Below, in pieces: positions 62,601 to 64,000 of a stretch of 64,000 bases of DNA (positions are counted from its first letter, which is position 1; each line of letters opens with the position of its first letter). The notes under the pieces are model-generated. The model was not told the DNA's origin and ran no database searches. It saw nothing but the letters and a program-made list of their open reading frames with translations. The stretch spans positions 5,518,001 through 5,582,000 of the forward strand of contig NC_092347.1 in NCBI RefSeq assembly GCF_963676685.1, written 5' to 3'. Made by a program: the position numbers and the translations under genes. The stretch is from Mytilus edulis (Eukaryota).

Positions 62601-63505
62601 TTTATAACTGTATGCATTCATAAGCAGAATATTCTTCAACATTAGTAAAGAGGCAATCTTAAATGATTAAGGGTGCTATAAACAGTTTCGTATAAAAAAA
62701 ATTAGGGGTTATTCCCCGACTAAAAATAGACATGGAGGGAAGTCCCTTTTTATCAACATAATTGGTGAAAAAGTATCATGTTTTTTGTATTTGGTTGTAA
62801 AAATATGTTAATTAACCTCAATTAAAACAGGTTGAATGATTAAAATAATTTAAAAAATTAGATTAAATATACATGTTTTGAGGTGAGACAACACTGTAAA
62901 CATCCTGTTTTTTTGGCAGTGAAAATTGAAAACTTATTTGCAGCCACTGTAGCTCTTTTCGGAGCAGGCTAACGTACCCTGAAGCATGAATTTTTTAAAA
63001 GACCAGGTAAAAATCTATGAAATTCATACACAGTTTTGATTATGAAAAATGTGCATGTATCATGTCTTCATGGGTGTGCACATGACCTGGTTTCAGGTTT
63101 TTTAAGCTTAGATTGGGCAATGTTTTTCCCATTTTCTCTGGATAAAACTTTTTATACTATTAAAAGTACACTTTATTTTTATTTCATTATAAACTACAGA
63201 ACATTCTGATGCCAGTGATATCTAATTTTATACAAGTATCTTTATTAATCAGTCCACCACTAAGGGTCACTTATGCATGGTCCCTCAAAATATGGCGTCA
63301 TAGAAAAAACTGTTGATTGCACCCTAAACATTGTTTTACATATCATTTGATGACTTCTTAAATAAAGTTAAATAAAAATTGTGATAAGATTGACAATACA
63401 TTTAACAGTTATTAGTTTTATTTACCTGTCCTCCCACATATAATCCTCTCTTATGTAAAACTATACAATCAAAACTGCCTTCTGTCATAGAGTTACTATC
63501 ATCAG
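5699..63505 (-). CDS. CFAP43: Cilia- and flagella-associated protein 43 (WDR96), multi-exon, 5' end outside window
   Basis: GT-AG exons joined with consistent phase, in transcript order: 63426-63505, 62178-62309, 59536-59649, 58980-59060, 58146-58294, 56683-56786, 56390-56533, 54601-54785, (54375-54425 candidate), 38026-38169, 36734-36861, 35990-36194, 34613-34717, 33708-33785, 33009-33134, 32481-32585, 29623-29739, 29189-29236, (small-exon cluster 24946-28922), 23430-23493, 19730-19821, 17191-17397, 16519-16689, 15704-15832, 15029-15148, 14083-14190, 13688-13863, 12283-12520, 11848-11960, 11132-11291, 9416-9489, 9087-9177, 8259-8342, 7434-7587, 5699-5868. The N-terminal part is WD40-like (LLLSPHGKWLASYGIDG, IAFSDDSQSVFTTGQDG). 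The coiled-coil part carries CFAP43-type motifs KKECWDDM, LLLKQGQVE and SKDFRKGIIQLEWEHKK, and ends EVERLRMRTFPALVQVEH*. Confidence 0.92.
5972..6907 (+). mobile_element. Non-autonomous Helentron/HINE-like element with internal degenerate repeats
   Basis: Recurrent CATGAAAATGAGGTCAAGGTCA units, a 3' hairpin TGCGACAAAAGTCGCA, and an A-run at the end. Confidence 0.55.
7771..8180 (-). mobile_element. Partial copy of TTAA-flanked MITE (same family as 33963-34506)
   Basis: TTAA-GGGGGCTCGCGGGTCTAAATC start is the reverse complement of the right part of 33963-34506. Confidence 0.65.
9492..10606. repeat. ~33-35 bp AT-rich minisatellite abutting a CFAP43 splice acceptor, interrupted by a piggyBac-like MITE
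   Basis: Repeated ACAATTTAAGACAATAACAATGTTATTT units start at the acceptor AG of exon 9416-9489. Confidence 0.8.
9810..10480 (+). mobile_element. Non-autonomous piggyBac-like element, copy 1 (671 bp)
   Basis: TTAA|CCCTTTCGCCGA ... TCGGTGAAAGGG|TTAA; highly similar to 55425-56095. Confidence 0.88.
12845..13172 (+). mobile_element. HINE/Helentron-like non-autonomous element
   Basis: GGAC/AGAC microsatellite followed by a terminal hairpin TATACCCC...GGGGTATA. Confidence 0.45.
13201..13749 (-). repeat. 68-bp tandem array (8 copies) of CFAP43 exon 3' end plus GTAAGT donor
   Basis: AAAACTTAC recurs at 13203 + 68n up to 13679; the last unit is the exon sequence NDVTALQQDQLYRLFRRRP. Confidence 0.95.
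14488..15005. mobile_element. MITE with CATAG termini and 7-bp TSD (P-element-like)
   Basis: TIR CATAGATGCCAACC / GGTTGGCATCTATG; AGTACAG duplicated on both sides. Confidence 0.75.
17625..17668 (+). ncRNA. Type I hammerhead ribozyme motif (slightly degenerate) in a repeat remnant (~17500-17690)
   Basis: GCGTCA-CTGATGA-GTCT(TATGT)AGAC-GAAAC-ACGC-GTC^-TGGAGT: CUGAUGA/GAAA core, stem II, minimal stem III and a GUC cleavage triplet. Confidence 0.7.
17757..19281. repeat. 40-41 bp minisatellite, ~38 copies
   Basis: Unit GCACCTGAGATCATCCCTTGTTTTTGGTGTGGTTCGTGAT. Confidence 0.95.
24578..24692. repeat. 22-bp tandem repeat, ~5 copies
   Basis: Unit TTCCACACTTTTACAATCTCCA. Confidence 0.85.
25329..26017. 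mobile_element. TTAA-flanked MITE (Kolobok-like)
   Basis: TTAA-TAGAGCACTAGC ... GCTAGTGCCCCT-TTAA, imperfect TIR. Confidence 0.6.
26178..26357. repeat. 26-bp tandem repeat starting immediately after a CFAP43 donor
   Basis: Unit TGATGTTAAGTGTATGTTGGTGTGTT, ~6-7 copies, ending at the donor of exon 26360-26389. Confidence 0.85.
30009..32374. repeat. 45-bp minisatellite (~50 copies, ~30120-32374) formed from the right TIR of a small TA-flanked MITE
   Basis: Unit AAATTGGTACCCACGAAGATAACTGAATCCCCAGTAAACCTCCTA. Its reverse complement matches the MITE left end TACTGTAAATTCATTTATTTTTGTGGGATACCAATTT at 30009. Confidence 0.9.
33963..34506 (+). mobile_element. TTAA-flanked MITE (Kolobok-like, GG...CC termini)
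   Basis: TTAA-GGAGGATCAAGGGTATAAA ... TTTAGACCCGCGAACCCCC-TTAA; a second partial copy lies at 7771. Confidence 0.7.
36310..36737 (-). repeat. ~35-bp tandem array (~13 copies) containing the GGAA|GTAAGT donor of CFAP43 exon 36734-36861
   Basis: TTACTTCC recurs every ~35 bp; the last copy is the real donor. Confidence 0.88.
37152..38058 (-). repeat. 50-bp tandem array (18 copies) of CFAP43 exon 3' end plus GTATGT donor
   Basis: Unit is 33 nt of exon (GYVQVRAIGSL) plus 17 nt of intron (GTATGTGTATCAGTTAA). Confidence 0.95.
39112..44194 (+). CDS. KolX-like protein (P2X7 C-terminal ballast-like Cys-rich domain), 3 exons, 200 aa
   Basis: Exons 39112-39338, 42762-42983 and 44041-44194 join in frame: acidic N-terminus with PYQYEP, then WCSCSRC..MPT..ECKCC..CITEHEGF..CLN..VL, then YRYLAYRRFVRWVW..LGKKNRRILPSCVV..IR..FP...YCGFK*. 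Confidence 0.88.
39959..41835. mobile_element. Non-autonomous Transib/RAG-transposon-like element (1877 bp) nested in KolX intron 1
   Basis: Perfect 52-bp TIRs starting CACTGTG (39959-40010 and 41784-41835); 5-bp TSD AAATA; subterminal TGTCCGTAACTT repeats. Confidence 0.8.
45029..53966 (-). CDS. Kolobok transposase: THAP domain plus DDE core, 8 exons, ~790 codons, one in-frame stop in exon 2
   Basis: Exons 53592-53966 (THAP: MVYCVAFNC..FP..W..LCAKHF..AVPTIF), 52217-52480 (TAA at 52229-52231), 49730-50521 (GGDARCCTPGHTAKYGSY), 49006-49192 (VTDRH, FDVWHVAK), 48463-48711, 47882-48053 (QTSSLESYH, FAPK), 47090-47238 (AAMHFNEN), 45029-45213 (KSRFNLE*). All splice phases are compatible. Confidence 0.88.
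50597..51476 (+). mobile_element. HINE/Helentron-like element in transposase intron 2
   Basis: 5' GCTCACC and 3' GGTGAGC subterminal inverted repeat, 3' hairpin GGCCCTTTAGGCC, A-run flanks. Confidence 0.55.
55030..55420. mobile_element. TTAA-flanked MITE adjoining piggyBac-like copy 2
   Basis: TTAA-GGATGTTTGCT ... AGCGAAACATCCT-TTAA. Confidence 0.6.
55425..56095 (+). mobile_element. Non-autonomous piggyBac-like element, copy 2 (671 bp)
   Basis: TTAA|CCCTTTCGCCGAT ... ATCGGTGAAAGGG|TTAA; same length and orientation as 9810-10480. Confidence 0.88.
57088..57733. repeat. 46-bp minisatellite, 14 copies
   Basis: Unit ATATTATGTAAGTCTGAGAAAGAGGACCTATGGATACCAAGGTGAC. Confidence 0.95.
58565..58837. 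mobile_element. TTAA-flanked MITE (Kolobok-like), 273 bp
   Basis: TTAA-GGTGGTACCTAACACT ... AGTGTTGGGTACCACC-TTAA. Confidence 0.8.
59982..62254 (-). repeat. 87-bp tandem array (26 copies) of CFAP43 exon 3' end plus GTAATG donor, in frame (29 aa)
   Basis: Donors from 60001 to 62176 at exact 87-bp spacing; the unit translates CNINHPITSLSFPPSYRRLAIGSCE-VMLS. Confidence 0.96.
62671..63324. mobile_element. MITE with imperfect TIRs, TTAA-type site
   Basis: TTAA-GGGTGCTATAAACAGTTT ... AAACTGTTGATTGCACCC-TAAA. Confidence 0.6.
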
Positions 63506-63519
63506 CTACAACAGAAAGT

Positions 63520-63978
63520 AATCATAGAAAATAGGCAATATTTACTGGAAGAAAAAGTCCATGTATAAGTAAAATACTGATAAACAGGTACAAAATTTTA
63601 ATAATATTTCCTTCTAGATACTAGCTTTTGATCATAAAAAAGCTTCCGTCCAAGTTTGGTACAAATCCAAGATAGAATAAGAAAGTTATTAAAATTTCAA
63701 AAACTTTAACCACAGAGTGAATGTAATGTTTCCTGGCAGAAAAACTAAGTCCATTTATAAGTAAAATATGGAAAAACAGGATTTTTTTTTTACAAAATTT
63801 ACTTCTTGATACTATCTTATGATCATAAACAAGGTTCTGTCTAAGTTTGGTGAAATCCAGAATAGTTGAAAGTTATTAAAATTTCAAAAACTTTAACCAC
63901 AGAGTGAATATTTGTGGACGCCGACGGAATGTAGGATCGCTATGTCTTGCTTTTTTGACTAAAGTCGAAGGCTCAACA
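63520..63978 (+). mobile_element. HINE/Helentron-like fragment with internal repeats
   Basis: Duplicated AAAGTTATTAAAATTTCAAAAACTTTAACCACAGAGTGAAT; the 3' end resembles that of 5972-6907. Confidence 0.45.
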
Positions 63979-64000
63979 ATAATCATCAGCATATTCTAGA

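Overview
This is an AT-rich eukaryotic (animal) genomic window. The repeat families suggest a bivalve mollusc, probably a mussel; that is inference. Almost the whole window (5699 to beyond 64000, minus strand) is the multi-exon ciliary gene CFAP43/WDR96: WD40 exons lie to the right, coiled-coil exons to the left, and the 5' end is outside the window. One intron holds a complete 15.4-kb Kolobok DNA transposon (TTAA TSD, 20-bp TIRs) with two convergent spliced genes: an 8-exon THAP + DDE transposase with one skippable nonsense codon, and an intact 3-exon KolX / P2X7-ballast-like protein. Nested in it is a 1.9-kb element with CAC termini and a 5-bp TSD (Transib/RAG-transposon-like). Downstream of CFAP43, a 5'-truncated Tx1/L1-type LINE sits inside a fold-back MITE. 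The most unusual pattern is that four CFAP43 exons end in tandem arrays whose unit is the exon 3' end plus the GT splice donor (8, ~13, 18 and 26 donor copies). Three of these show exon/intron microhomology at the junction, and one (87 bp) is in frame. The window also has a cluster of frame-preserving small exons, a hammerhead-ribozyme motif, and many MITEs and minisatellites. All coordinates were read by hand and may be off by a few bases.
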